64,000 bases of DNA, taken from NCBI GenBank assembly GCA_903827955.1, contig CAIKKJ010000075.1:5147-69146 (forward strand), written 5' to 3'. The notes beneath the pieces are model-generated. The model was given only the letters and a program-made list of their open reading frames with translations. It was not told the DNA's origin and searched no databases. The position numbers and the translations under genes are program-made. Positions 47,736 to 57,973 of the stretch are shown here, one piece after another (within the stretch, counting starts at the first letter, position 1; each line of letters opens with the position of its first letter). This DNA comes from an uncultured Verrucomicrobia subdivision 3 bacterium. GTDB lineage: Bacteria; Verrucomicrobiota; Verrucomicrobiia; Limisphaerales; UBA11358.

Positions 47736-49328
47736 TCATTGCGGCACGGCGACGAGCGCGATGCCGTTGCCGTAAAATGTCACCGCCGAGTCGTTGGAAT
47801 TCACCAAGGTCGCGGCGCGTAGTTCAAAAAAGTTGGTCCGCGAAAACAGCGCGCCCGCCGCCTGTAATTCCAGTTCGCGCGACTTGACGTAGTGGCTGAT
47901 CAGCCGTGCGTGACGGAAAATATTATTCTTTTCGCCCGGCGGCACGGCGGCGATGTAATCCGCATCGCGCACCTCGACGCGGCCTGCCGCCCGCGCTTTC
48001 AATTGCTGATAAACCAGATTCATCTTCGCGCAGCTCGGCACGAAGATCGGGCCGTTTGCGATGCGGTCGCCCTCGAATTTGCAAATCACCGGCATGAACC
48101 ACAAATCAGCGGCGACCGTGACGAGCAGCGCCGGCAGGAAAATCTTTTTCAGCCACGGCAATTCCAGACAGCGCGCCGCGCCGACGCCGGCGAGCGTGAA
48201 CAACAGCGGCGAAATCAGCAGGCAATAGCGCGAGTGAAACGGCTTGCCCGCGACGAAGCTGAACGCCAGATACGCGAGAAAAACAAAGGCGGCGGTCAGC
48301 AGACCGGGCGGTTGCGCCAGCGTTTCGCGTAGTGTGGCGGAACGATTTTTTAACGCCGACTTCACGGCGAGGATTGCGCCCAGCAAAATCCCCAGCGCAA
48401 AAATCACCGAGACGGCGTTCACCGCAATCAGTGCCGGCACGCCGCCGAAAGCACGTTGCGCCAGAGTTTGAAAATCACCGGGCGCATAAGTCCAGCCGGG
48501 GTTCCAAAAATTCACGAGGAAGGTGAACGGCGAGGAAAAAATTTTCAGCGCGTCCGGCGAGAAACCGCCGTTGCCGCCGGTCAGCATCCCGCGCGTATTG
48601 GCCCAGTCGTGCCGCGCGTCGCCGAGAACGTAGGGGACGTAGCTCGCTGCCGCCGCGAGCAGGCCGATGACAAGCCAGCACCAGTTCACGCACAGCCGCG
48701 CAAACCAGCCGAACGCGATGAGCGGCAGAATCAGCGACAGCGTGCTCATGTGAAATTGCGCGCCGGCGAGCAGCAGCAGCGGCAGCAAAAAAATCGCGCG
48801 CGATTTTTGAATTCGCACGCAGCGGAACAGCGCGAGGAAAATCACCGCGCCCAGCAACGGCATCGGCGAAGGATTCCAGACAATTGAAGAATATTGCACC
48901 ATCCACAGCGACACGGCCATGAACAGCGCGCCAAAACTTGCCGCTGTGACGCCAACCAATTCACGCGCCAGCCGCCACGTCAGCGCGATGGCGGCGAGGT
49001 TCACGGCGATCATGAGCAGCACCACTCCGTCGAGCGAGCCGTAGAGCTTGAGTCCGGCGACGCAAAAAAGCGTCCACAGCGGGCCGGGAAGTTTGGAGTG
49101 CGGATTGCAGTTGGGCTGGCCGATGTAGAGTGCGCGTTCGCCACCGTTCTCAAAATTCGCGGCGACCTCGTAGGCCTCGATACCGTCCACCTGATAGCCG
49201 AGCGCGTGGCTTTGCGCCCAGCCGAAATAGCCCAGGCGCAACGCCAGCGCGACGAGCAAGATGACCGGCAGATGCCAGGCGGAATATTTTTTCAGCCAAC
49301 CAACGGCAGGATTGGATGGCGGCTGCAT
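47736..49328 (-). CDS. GT-C fold membrane glycosyltransferase (ArnT/PMT-like)
   Basis: Polytopic; LRL..., PGPL, WNP, Q.H and RY motifs; ATG at 49328. Confidence 0.7.
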   Translation of the reverse strand: MQPPSNPAVGWLKKYSAWHLPVILLVALALRLGYFGWAQSHALGYQVDGIEAYEVAANFENGGERALYIGQPNCNPHSKLPGPLWTLFCVAGLKLYGSLDGVVLLMIAVNLAAIALTWRLARELVGVTAASFGALFMAVSLWMVQYSSIVWNPSPMPLLGAVIFLALFRCVRIQKSRAIFLLPLLLLAGAQFHMSTLSLILPLIAFGWFARLCVNWCWLVIGLLAAAASYVPYVLGDARHDWANTRGMLTGGNGGFSPDALKIFSSPFTFLVNFWNPGWTYAPGDFQTLAQRAFGGVPALIAVNAVSVIFALGILLGAILAVKSALKNRSATLRETLAQPPGLLTAAFVFLAYLAFSFVAGKPFHSRYCLLISPLLFTLAGVGAARCLELPWLKKIFLPALLVTVAADLWFMPVICKFEGDRIANGPIFVPSCAKMNLVYQQLKARAAGRVEVRDADYIAAVPPGEKNNIFRHARLISHYVKSRELELQAAGALFSRTNFFELRAATLVNSNDSAVTFYGNGIALVAVPQ

Positions 49329-49332
49329 CTTC

Positions 49333-52300
49333 TTATTCTTCCGCGAACAGATATTCCAAATCTGTCGCCGTGAGGCTGCGGGCGAAGCCTTCTTCGCCAA
49401 GCACGTCGGCGATGGTCTTGGCCTTGCTCTGTTGCAGTTCCCAGATTTTTTCCTCCACCGTGCCGGGCGCGATGAGGCGATACGCGTTCACCGTCTGCGT
49501 CTGGCCAATGCGATGCGAGCGGTCAATGGCCTGCGCCTCGACTGCCGGATTCCACCAAGGATCGTAAAGCACAACGTAGCTGGCGTTCGTCAGATTCAAT
49601 CCCGTTCCCGCCGCGCGCAAACTCAAGAGGAACACGCACGCGCCGGATTCTTTTTGGAAATCGTTCACGACGGACTGGCGATCTTTTGTCTGGCCGGTTA
49701 GGACGTGCGTGTGGATGTTGCGCGCTTTACATTCCTTTTGGAGGAGTTCGAGCATCTGCACAAATTGCGAGAAGACCAAAACTTTTTGGCCGTCGGCAAT
49801 GAGCGGATCGAGCAATTCAAAGAGCGTATCGGTCTTGCCGCTGGCGGTGTCGCTGCCGACGAGCGCGGGATGGCAGCACACCTGGCGCAACCGCGTGAGC
49901 GCGGCGAGGACGTGCATCTTGGATTTGTTCAAGCCCTGCGTCTCGACCGCCTTCATCACCTGATCGCGGCTGCGGCGCAACTCGGCGAGATACAGTTTCC
50001 GCTGGTCTTCACCGAGCGGACAATCGCGGCGCTCCTCGATGCGGTCGGGCAAATCTTTCGCGACGTGTTTTTTCAAACGGCGCAGCAGGAGCGGGCGCAG
50101 CTTGGCGGACAGACGGCGGCGCGCGATGCGCTGCTCGGATTCGGCATTCTCGCCGCCTTTGGGTTCGTAGGTGTCGAGAAATTGATCCTGCGTGCCGAGA
50201 TAACCGGGCTGGATGAAATCCACGATGCTCCACAGATCGAGCAAGCGGTTTTCCAGCGGCGTGCCGGTGAGCGCGATTTTGTTTTCGCACTTCAATTGCT
50301 TCACCGACTGCGTGACCTGCGCGCCGGGATTTTTGATGAACTGCGCCTCGTCCAAAATCACCGCACGGAAACTGAACTTGTGAAACTCTTCCAAGTCGCG
50401 CCGCAACAGCGCGTAGTTCGTGACGATCAAATCGTGCTGTGGAATCTGTTTCCGCAAATTGTGCCGCGCCGCGCCGCTTTCCAGCACGAGCACTTTCATG
50501 TCGGGCGTAAACTTCTCCGCTTCGCGCCGCCAGTTGTGCAGCACGGACGCGGGGCAAATCACCAATGACGGCTTGGGATTTTTCACATTGCGTTCCTTGA
50601 GCCAGTCGAGCCACGTCAACGTCTGCAAGGTTTTGCCGAGCCCCATGTCGTCGGCAAGAATGCCGCCGAGTTTGACCTGCACGAGGTGCGCGAGGAAATC
50701 AAAACCGTCTTTTTGATACGGGCGCAATTCCGCCTGCAAACCTTTCGGCAATTGCGCGTTCGGCACGCCTTTGAAATCACGGACTCGCTCGCGCAACGCC
50801 TGCGCCTCGGGTGAATCCACAAAACGCATCAACCCGTTTTCGTCCAGATGTGCGACGTGTTCCAGCCCGACTTTTTGCGGCACGGCAATGAGTCCAGCCA
50901 CGCCCATGTCGGCCATCGCTTCGTGCGCACTCTGCACGGCGTTCGTGTCAAGCTCCACCCAGCCGGCGTTCGGCAATTTCACGAACCGGCTGGTCGCGGC
51001 GGCGAGGCGATCCAAATCGGCCTTGGAAAGTTTCATGCCTTCCGCCTCCCATTCGGCACTCACGGACAACCAGTCAATGCCGCTGCCTTTGACAATTAAT
51101 TTTGGCTTGAGTGCACGCGGCTTGAGAAACAGGTGATGGAACGCGGGGTTGCCAAGAAATTCTGCATCAGCCGGCCGGGAAGCCCAGGCTTCCGCCAGCA
51201 GGCCGAGAAAGTTTTCATTCGCATCGCCGATCCACAACCCGGGCTCCTGCATGAACCAGTCGAGTTTCCGCAGCCAATGCACGGACGGATCGAGGCGCGG
51301 GTCATCAAGGATTTCCGGTTTGTCGCCGGCCTTGATGCTGCGGTTGTGCGGTGCCCATTCGTGGCCGTTCCAAACCCAGGTGCTTTTGTCGCGCAAACTT
51401 TTCGCGAGCAACCGCAGCTGCACGGTGTCATCCATCAGTTCAAAGACAAACTGCGGCGTGGCCTGATGCGCCACGCAAAGCTGCTCCCAGTCCACGCCGT
51501 GATTCGCCTGCGTCTTGCGCAAGTGCAGCAGCAAGCGATGGCTCAGTTTGCGCACGGGCACGGACGGTTTTTGTGAAAGATATTTCAGCACGCCGTTCGG
51601 CGGCGCGTTGCGCAGCAGGAAAAATGTGTTGCCGATGAGGGCGATGGGCGCCTGGCGGTTGAAAAATTTTGCGTCGGCGATCGCGTGGGAAGTGCCATCC
51701 TGCAACGTGATGCGATGCGTGAAGGAAAGTTCTTGCGTGCCGTTCTCCAGCTGGGGCGTGAGCGAAACCACATCGCCATGAAAATGGATCATCTGGCCGT
51801 TGGCCGCGAGTTCGAGCCGGCCAGTGTTGCCCCAGCGCGCGAGCCACTGCAGCAGTTCCGCATCGGTCAGCAGCAGCGACGTCTCGTGGCCGGCGCGTTC
51901 GCGGTGCGTGTCGTAAATCCACTGGACGAATTCCCAGTCCCACGGGGTGAACAGCTCCTGCTCGTGCGCGGCGCGAACGACGAGATCCACAAGGTCATGC
52001 AGCGAACGCGCTTTTTCGCCGGTGCGCGGACGGAGCAAAAGAAATTGCAGCGCGAGCCGGTGGCGCGAAGGTTCCGCCACATCCGGTTGCGGTTTGCACA
52101 CGACGCGCAGCGTGGCGCGCGGCGTGTCGAGGTGCAGCGGCGCGGGCGGCGAGAGCCAGTTTTCCAATTCCTTGACGAGGCGTTGTTCCTGCTCGGCTTC
52201 CTCGGCCTTGGCAAAACGCTCCGGGCTGGCGTGCGTCTGCAATTCCGGCGGCACGGAACGCTTGGCGCGCAAAAACAAAAACGCGAGTTCCTCCAGCCGG

Positions 52301-52602
52301 TTTTTGCCGGTCGCGGCGAGCAACTTTGGCCACCAGTCCGTCGCGGGAAAATCGCGGCGCGAGAGCGAGAGTTTTTCAAAATAATCCTCAAGCAGCAGCC
52401 ACGAGCGTTGCGAATCCGGGCAGGTGGCAAAGCCTTTCAGGATGTCCTCACGCTCGCAGACGGTGTTCTTGGAGTCGGAAAGTTCGCGGCGCAAATCGGC
52501 GAAGGCACCGTAAGTCTGCGACAAAACCTTGTGGTGGGCGTCGTATTTATTCGCGCCCGTGCGGGTCGCGCCATTCCCGTTTCTGATTGGAGTTCTCGGC
52601 AT
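49333..52602 (-). CDS. SNF2-family DEAD/DEAH-type ATPase
   Basis: LRPYQ, LADDMGLGKT, DEAQ.IKN, LTGTP.EN, FSQF, G.GLNL, DPWWNP..E.QA.DR.HRIGQ. Confidence 0.93.
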   Translation of the reverse strand: MPRTPIRNGNGATRTGANKYDAHHKVLSQTYGAFADLRRELSDSKNTVCEREDILKGFATCPDSQRSWLLLEDYFEKLSLSRRDFPATDWWPKLLAATGKNRLEELAFLFLRAKRSVPPELQTHASPERFAKAEEAEQEQRLVKELENWLSPPAPLHLDTPRATLRVVCKPQPDVAEPSRHRLALQFLLLRPRTGEKARSLHDLVDLVVRAAHEQELFTPWDWEFVQWIYDTHRERAGHETSLLLTDAELLQWLARWGNTGRLELAANGQMIHFHGDVVSLTPQLENGTQELSFTHRITLQDGTSHAIADAKFFNRQAPIALIGNTFFLLRNAPPNGVLKYLSQKPSVPVRKLSHRLLLHLRKTQANHGVDWEQLCVAHQATPQFVFELMDDTVQLRLLAKSLRDKSTWVWNGHEWAPHNRSIKAGDKPEILDDPRLDPSVHWLRKLDWFMQEPGLWIGDANENFLGLLAEAWASRPADAEFLGNPAFHHLFLKPRALKPKLIVKGSGIDWLSVSAEWEAEGMKLSKADLDRLAAATSRFVKLPNAGWVELDTNAVQSAHEAMADMGVAGLIAVPQKVGLEHVAHLDENGLMRFVDSPEAQALRERVRDFKGVPNAQLPKGLQAELRPYQKDGFDFLAHLVQVKLGGILADDMGLGKTLQTLTWLDWLKERNVKNPKPSLVICPASVLHNWRREAEKFTPDMKVLVLESGAARHNLRKQIPQHDLIVTNYALLRRDLEEFHKFSFRAVILDEAQFIKNPGAQVTQSVKQLKCENKIALTGTPLENRLLDLWSIVDFIQPGYLGTQDQFLDTYEPKGGENAESEQRIARRRLSAKLRPLLLRRLKKHVAKDLPDRIEERRDCPLGEDQRKLYLAELRRSRDQVMKAVETQGLNKSKMHVLAALTRLRQVCCHPALVGSDTASGKTDTLFELLDPLIADGQKVLVFSQFVQMLELLQKECKARNIHTHVLTGQTKDRQSVVNDFQKESGACVFLLSLRAAGTGLNLTNASYVVLYDPWWNPAVEAQAIDRSHRIGQTQTVNAYRLIAPGTVEEKIWELQQSKAKTIADVLGEEGFARSLTATDLEYLFAEE

Positions 52603-52738
52603 CTAAACTAAAAAATAATGTTCTATCATTTCGACAGAACCCGCGTGGCCGGTCAATCGCAAATGAAAAGTTTTTTGGTCGGGACGTGGGCGACGCGATT
52701 GACGATGGCGTTTTTTTTGATAGATTGTCCGGCCTTTT

Positions 52739-53743
52739 ATGAATCGCAATCCGCATGTCGCAATTGTCGGTGCCACGGGAGCCGTGGGCATCGAGATGAT
52801 CAAGACCTTGGAAAAAAGAAAATTTCCCGTGGGCAAACTCACCCTGCTCGCCTCGGCGCGCTCGGCGGGGAAAAAATTAAAATTTCGCGGCAAGGCGATC
52901 ACGATCAAGGAACTCACCAAGGATTCATTCGCGGGCGTGGACATCGCGCTGTTCAGCGCGGGCGGCGGCATCTCGCGGGAATTCGCACCGATCGCGGCCA
53001 AGGCCGGCTGCGTAGTCGTGGATAATTCCAGCGCGTTCCGCCAAGATCCGAACGTCCCGCTCGTCGTGCCGGAAATCAACGCGGCGGACGTCAAGAAGCA
53101 CAAGGGCATCATCGCGAATCCGAATTGCACCACGGCCATCACGCTGATGGCGTTGTATCCGCTGCACAAAAAATTCGGCGTGAAACGCATTTTTGCTTCG
53201 AGCTACCAAGCGGTTTCTGGCACGGGCGCACAGGCGATTGAAGAATTGAAGCGGCAGGTCGGCCAGGTCGTCGCCGGCAAAAAGGTGACGAAGGAAGTGT
53301 ATCCCCACCAGATTGCCTTCAACGTGCTGCCCCATGTGGATTCATTTTTGCCGACCGGTTACACGAAGGAAGAGATGAAGATGGAGAACGAAGGCCGCAA
53401 AATCATGCACCACGACAAATTTCGCGCGAGCGTGACCTGCGTGCGCGTGCCGGTCTATCGTTCGCATTCGGTCGCCGTGAGCGCGGAATTTGCCAAGCCC
53501 ATCACCGTGGCCGCCGCGCGGGCGGTGTTGAACAAAGCGCCCGGTCTCGACGTGGTGGATGAACCGGAAAATAAAAAATATCCGATGCCGCTCAACACGT
53601 CCGAGCAATACAACTGCCAGGTTGGCCGGATTCGTCTGGACTGCGCGTTGGACAACGGCTTGTGCTTCTGGGTCTCGGGTGATCAGTTGCTCAAGGGCGC
53701 GGCGCTGAACGCGGTGCAGATCGCCGAGGAACTGCTGAAGTAA
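52739..53743 (+). CDS. asd: Aspartate-semialdehyde dehydrogenase
   Basis: GATGAVG, DNSSAFR, ANPNCTT, YQAVSG, CVRVPV..SH, KGAALNAVQI. Confidence 0.96.
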   Translation: MNRNPHVAIVGATGAVGIEMIKTLEKRKFPVGKLTLLASARSAGKKLKFRGKAITIKELTKDSFAGVDIALFSAGGGISREFAPIAAKAGCVVVDNSSAFRQDPNVPLVVPEINAADVKKHKGIIANPNCTTAITLMALYPLHKKFGVKRIFASSYQAVSGTGAQAIEELKRQVGQVVAGKKVTKEVYPHQIAFNVLPHVDSFLPTGYTKEEMKMENEGRKIMHHDKFRASVTCVRVPVYRSHSVAVSAEFAKPITVAAARAVLNKAPGLDVVDEPENKKYPMPLNTSEQYNCQVGRIRLDCALDNGLCFWVSGDQLLKGAALNAVQIAEELLK

Positions 53744-53815
53744 CCAGCTGGTTACAAAATTAAAAGTCCATTGAGCGTCCGCCAAAGTGTGATAGCTTTG
53801 GCGGACTTTCATTTT

Positions 53816-55081
53816 ATGGCAAAACGCAGGCAGCAGCAGGAATCCGGGCAGGCGGCGAACAATTTCCAATTCACCCTCGCGGGACTGATTATCTTTAGCC
53901 TAGCGCTGATGGGCGGCGCGTCGCTAATCACTTGGAAGCTGTCGCAGAAGAGCGCGGCGCGCACGGAGCCTTACGCGGTGGATACCAAGGACAAGTCCGC
54001 CACCGTCCGCAGCGGGGCGTGGGGCACGCTGCTCACGCGTGACATCGAACTGGAACGGCCAGCGGAATACCTCACGGAAGAAGTCGCGTTGCCGAAGCCG
54101 GAAATCTGGTCGTTCGCTGGGATGCGCCCGGAGGCGGTGAAAAAACTGTTCGCGGCGAACGGGGTTTCCGCCGGACAGATCGCCTCAGCCTTCGCGCCGG
54201 GAAGTTATTCGGAGAAAAACTCCGGCACGGAATTAAAGCCGTCGGAGTCATTTCTGACTTCATTCACCCCGGAGCAGCGTCAGAAACTCTACCTCGCGCT
54301 AGCCGGCGCGGGCGTGAACCTGTATCTGGATTTCCCTTACATTTTTCCGGGCAATGATTTTGCGGACATCTGCACCAGCGGACATCTGCTGCCGGAGGAA
54401 GTGGCTTTGCTGAAGCAACTCGCCTATCCAAATGGAACGGCGCAGCAGTTGTCCGATTATTTTTTCCTGCTGGAAAAAATTCCCACACTGGAACGGCGCA
54501 CGAAGGTAACGCAGGCGCTTTCGCGGCAGTCCGCCGTGCTCGCGCGCCTCGCGGTGCAACCGGACACGGACATTGACAAGATTGCGAGCTACTGGGGCAA
54601 CGTGCCGAACGTGCGCTTCACCAACATCCGCCCGCTGATGGAATCACTCAAGCAACTGCCGGAGGGTGGCAGCCTGAGCCTGCTGTATTTCCTGCCCAAG
54701 TTTGCGCGCGAACGGCTCTACACCTTTCCGCTGCCCGCGCAGACTGGCGACCCGGTGATGGACTGCCATTGGACGACGTTCAACTTTTTCAACGAGACGC
54801 CCGACAACCGTTTCAATGACGCCAACTATGCCGTGCAGTTCATCCAGAAAAATTATTATCAGATTTCCGCGCCGTCGCAGTATGGCGACATCTTGCTGTT
54901 GATGAATGAAAAACAGGAGGTGAAACATTCCGCCGTCTTCATTGCCGACGACATCGTCTTCACGAAAAACGGCAACAACTATCGCCAGCCGTGGATGCTC
55001 ATGCGGATTCCTGACCTGCTCACGACCTATCCCGCCACACCGCCCATGAAGACAGTTTACATGCGGCGCAAGACCGATTGA
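53816..55081 (+). CDS. Membrane-anchored protein with a C-terminal papain/NlpC-P60-like domain
   Basis: N-terminal TM; DCHW...GD.......HSAVFIAD..VFTKNG (Cys-His arrangement). Confidence 0.55.
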   Translation: MAKRRQQQESGQAANNFQFTLAGLIIFSLALMGGASLITWKLSQKSAARTEPYAVDTKDKSATVRSGAWGTLLTRDIELERPAEYLTEEVALPKPEIWSFAGMRPEAVKKLFAANGVSAGQIASAFAPGSYSEKNSGTELKPSESFLTSFTPEQRQKLYLALAGAGVNLYLDFPYIFPGNDFADICTSGHLLPEEVALLKQLAYPNGTAQQLSDYFFLLEKIPTLERRTKVTQALSRQSAVLARLAVQPDTDIDKIASYWGNVPNVRFTNIRPLMESLKQLPEGGSLSLLYFLPKFARERLYTFPLPAQTGDPVMDCHWTTFNFFNETPDNRFNDANYAVQFIQKNYYQISAPSQYGDILLLMNEKQEVKHSAVFIADDIVFTKNGNNYRQPWMLMRIPDLLTTYPATPPMKTVYMRRKTD

Positions 55082-55084
55082 AAA

Positions 55085-55522
55085 TTATTTTACGCCCGCT
55101 TCCTTCATGTAGGCGCTGGAAATCCTGATGTTCGCCGCTTTGGCGACATCCATCACCCGCACAATCTGCCCCCACGGCGCGGCCTTGTCCGCCCGCACGG
55201 CCAGCTTGGCTTCATTGCCGGTGGCACGGGCTTTTTCGGCATCCACAATCAACCGGCCGCGCAACTGGTCTGGCGTCACCACATCGCCCGCCAGGCCGTA
55301 GCGCAAAGTGCCGGAAGCCTCGATGCTCACGAGCAACGGCGGATTTTCATTCGCGCCGGATCGCAAGGCGGAATTGGATTCCGGCAACGCCAGCCGCAGC
55401 GCGGGCTGCTGCCGAAACGTCGTCGTCACCAGCAGAAAAATCACCAGCACGATCAGCACATCAATCAGGGCGACGATGATGACCGCCGGCGCGGTGCGGC
55501 GTTTGTGCAGGATGAATCTCAT
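55085..55522 (-). CDS. exbD: ExbD/TolR family protein
   Basis: LIDVLIVLVIFLLVTTTF, LP, RAD.......V.VMD. Confidence 0.85.
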   Translation of the reverse strand: MRFILHKRRTAPAVIIVALIDVLIVLVIFLLVTTTFRQQPALRLALPESNSALRSGANENPPLLVSIEASGTLRYGLAGDVVTPDQLRGRLIVDAEKARATGNEAKLAVRADKAAPWGQIVRVMDVAKAANIRISSAYMKEAGVK

Positions 55523-56118
55523 TTCTTCTCCGCAGATTGGCGGCGGATGAATTCCGCGCACAGCGTTTCCATTTCCACGGCGAGCACTTCAACCTTTTTT
55601 GAAAAATAACTCCAGGCCACCAGCGACGGGATGGAAATCAGCAGGCCGATGAGCGTCGTCCGCAAAATCAAACTGATACCCTGCGCCAGTTTGGAAGCGT
55701 CGTTGATGTTCGTCAAACCCGTCTGCCCGATGTCGCCGAACACCGTCATCATGCCGAAAATGGTTCCGACCAGGCCGAGCAGCGGCGCGATGCCTACGAT
55801 GACTTCCAGCACGACCAACCCCTGCTCCAACTTCACGACTTCATGACGCGCGGCTGTTTCCACCGCCGCCTCGGTGTCGGCTTTGGGCCAGTCACGATGC
55901 GCATCGGCAACCCGCAGCAGGCGACCGAGCGACGACGGCTGCGCTTCACAAAGCTGCCGGAGATTTTTCAAATCTTCGTCCGTGCGGCAAACCGCGACCG
56001 CAGCGGCGAGCCGCGCCGGCACGACGCTGCCCCAGCGCAATGTCCACGCGCGCCAGATGATCACACCCAGTCCCGCCACCGAGGTCAGGCCGAGTAACAC
56101 ATAAACAATTTTATCCAT
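55519..56118 (-). CDS. exbB: MotA/TolQ/ExbB proton channel protein
   Basis: APLLGLVGTIFGM, LA.GIS..L.TT..GL..SIP. Confidence 0.85.
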   Translation of the reverse strand: MDKIVYVLLGLTSVAGLGVIIWRAWTLRWGSVVPARLAAAVAVCRTDEDLKNLRQLCEAQPSSLGRLLRVADAHRDWPKADTEAAVETAARHEVVKLEQGLVVLEVIVGIAPLLGLVGTIFGMMTVFGDIGQTGLTNINDASKLAQGISLILRTTLIGLLISIPSLVAWSYFSKKVEVLAVEMETLCAEFIRRQSAEKK

Positions 56119-56142
56119 AAATTTTTCGAGTCGCGAACCGGT

Positions 56143-57111
56143 TTAATAATAATAAAACGTAAAGGAAATTTCCCGATAATTCGCATTGATCATGCGCTTC
56201 ATGTCCGCCGGCCATTTGCCGAAAGGCGCAGCATCCTGCACGGCTTCCTCGCAAACGTAGCCGAGCAACTGGCCGACGGTATTCTCCAAAAATTTCACTT
56301 CCATGATTGTGCCGTCAGCCTGCAACTTGAAATGCACGATGACCTTGCCGGTGCGGTCCTCGGCGAAACGATGGCTGTCCAGCAAATCATACCAGCGCTG
56401 CGTGACCGCCTCGACAATTGCGCGGTCGTAATCACCAAACGCCGTGGATTTCACGTCGAGCGACGACCATTGTAACTGTCGCTTCACGCCGCCGTCCTGA
56501 TGCATCGCCTGGCCGGGCAGCTGTTGCGTCTGCGCCTGTGCCTGTTTCAAAGTGCGCGGCCGCTGTTGCGCCGGTGCTGATTCGGGTTTGGGCTGGACCG
56601 GCTTGCTCAATTTCAAATCGCCCAGGCTCATCGGGTCATGCGGATGCGCTTCCTCTACCGGTTTGGTTTCTGGCGCTGCTTCCGCCGGCGGCGGGGTAGA
56701 CGGCTGCAATTTCGGCAGCATCGGCACGTCCTCGGTTTTCGGCACATCCTTCTGCTTGCCGTTCACCTTTGGCTGGCTGGAATTTTTCTCCGGCTCGGGA
56801 TTGGCCGCTTGGGAATTTTTGTTGGAATAATATTTCGTCTGCTTCGGCGGCTCCGGCGCGGCGTGGCTCACGTCCACAAAAATCAACGGCGGCTCGGCCT
56901 CGTGCTTGGCCGCCAGCATGGTGGTATTTTTTTTCTCGGGTTTTTTGAACCATGAGATCGCCTGCAACCGTTTCCACCAGCCAAGCTTTTTTCCCGCTTC
57001 GTAGCCCGACCACGCGCCGAGGTGTAACATCAGCGAAATCAAAAGCGCGACGACCAGCCGGCTGGAGCCAAGCCGGCCGGGACGCAACGACTGGATTTCA
57101 GCGCGAGCCAT
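56143..57111 (-). CDS. TonB/TolA-like energy transducer
   Basis: S...H transmembrane motif, Pro/Lys/Gln-rich linker, C-terminal G.V...F.L..DG....AAPF domain; precedes exbB-exbD. Confidence 0.75.
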   Translation of the reverse strand: MARAEIQSLRPGRLGSSRLVVALLISLMLHLGAWSGYEAGKKLGWWKRLQAISWFKKPEKKNTTMLAAKHEAEPPLIFVDVSHAAPEPPKQTKYYSNKNSQAANPEPEKNSSQPKVNGKQKDVPKTEDVPMLPKLQPSTPPPAEAAPETKPVEEAHPHDPMSLGDLKLSKPVQPKPESAPAQQRPRTLKQAQAQTQQLPGQAMHQDGGVKRQLQWSSLDVKSTAFGDYDRAIVEAVTQRWYDLLDSHRFAEDRTGKVIVHFKLQADGTIMEVKFLENTVGQLLGYVCEEAVQDAAPFGKWPADMKRMINANYREISFTFYYY

Positions 57112-57211
57112 GAACGGAAATTTTGCCTCATGGACGCGTCTCCGGCAACAGCAGGGTTTGACGTCCGTTTTCCCGCCTTGCAGTTTCACCGCGTTTTGCT
57201 TTCATCGCGCC

Positions 57212-57973
57212 ATGCCGAAAGTTCCGCTCGCCCAAATCGTCACACACTGCGATAAAATCCTCCGCACCGCCGAAATCGGCGACTACGACGGCGCAGTGAA
57301 CGGCTTGCAGATGGAAAATTCCGGCCACGTCACGCGTATCGCCGCGACCGTGGATGCCAGCCTCGCCACGGTGAAGCTTGCCATTGCGGCGCAAGCGGAT
57401 TTGCTCATTGTGCATCATGGCTTGTTTTGGTCAAAGATGCAGCCACTGACGGGCAAAAAATTTGAGCTGCTGCAATTGCTCGTTGAAAACAACCTCGCCA
57501 TTTACAGCTCGCATCTGCCGCTCGACGCACACCCGAGGCTGGGTAACAATGCGCAGCTCGCCGAAGCGCTGGGCTTGAAAAATCTAAAACCATTTTTCTT
57601 CAGCCACGGGCAGAACATCGGGCTAAAAACTTTTGCCAAAATTTCCCGCGCCGAACTGGCCAAAAGGCTAGAACGTGCGACCGGCGCGAAACCAAAATTG
57701 CTTCCCGGTGGAAAAGAAGCCTGCGGGCGCATCGGCATTGTCACCGGCGGCGCGGGCGGCGAGTTGAAACAGGCGGCGGCGGAAGGCGTGGACACCTTCA
57801 TCACCGGCGAAGGCCCGCACTGGACTTATGCGCTTGCCGAAGAACTGGGCGTGAATGTTTTTTACGCCGGCCATTACGCCACGGAAACATTTGGCGTGAA
57901 GGCACTGGCGGCGGAGCTGGCCAAAAAATTCCGTGTGCCGTGGGAATTTCTCGACCACCCGACGGGGTTATAG
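57212..57973 (+). CDS. Nif3-like dinuclear metal center protein
   Basis: NGLQ, HHGLFW, HLPLDAH...GNN, TGE, AGHYATE.FGV. Confidence 0.92.
   Translation: MPKVPLAQIVTHCDKILRTAEIGDYDGAVNGLQMENSGHVTRIAATVDASLATVKLAIAAQADLLIVHHGLFWSKMQPLTGKKFELLQLLVENNLAIYSSHLPLDAHPRLGNNAQLAEALGLKNLKPFFFSHGQNIGLKTFAKISRAELAKRLERATGAKPKLLPGGKEACGRIGIVTGGAGGELKQAAAEGVDTFITGEGPHWTYALAEELGVNVFYAGHYATETFGVKALAAELAKKFRVPWEFLDHPTGL

Noticed and set aside
49333-52602. SNF2 gene as part of an anti-phage system
   Set aside because: No methyltransferase, nuclease or other defence genes are adjacent, and the context is housekeeping.
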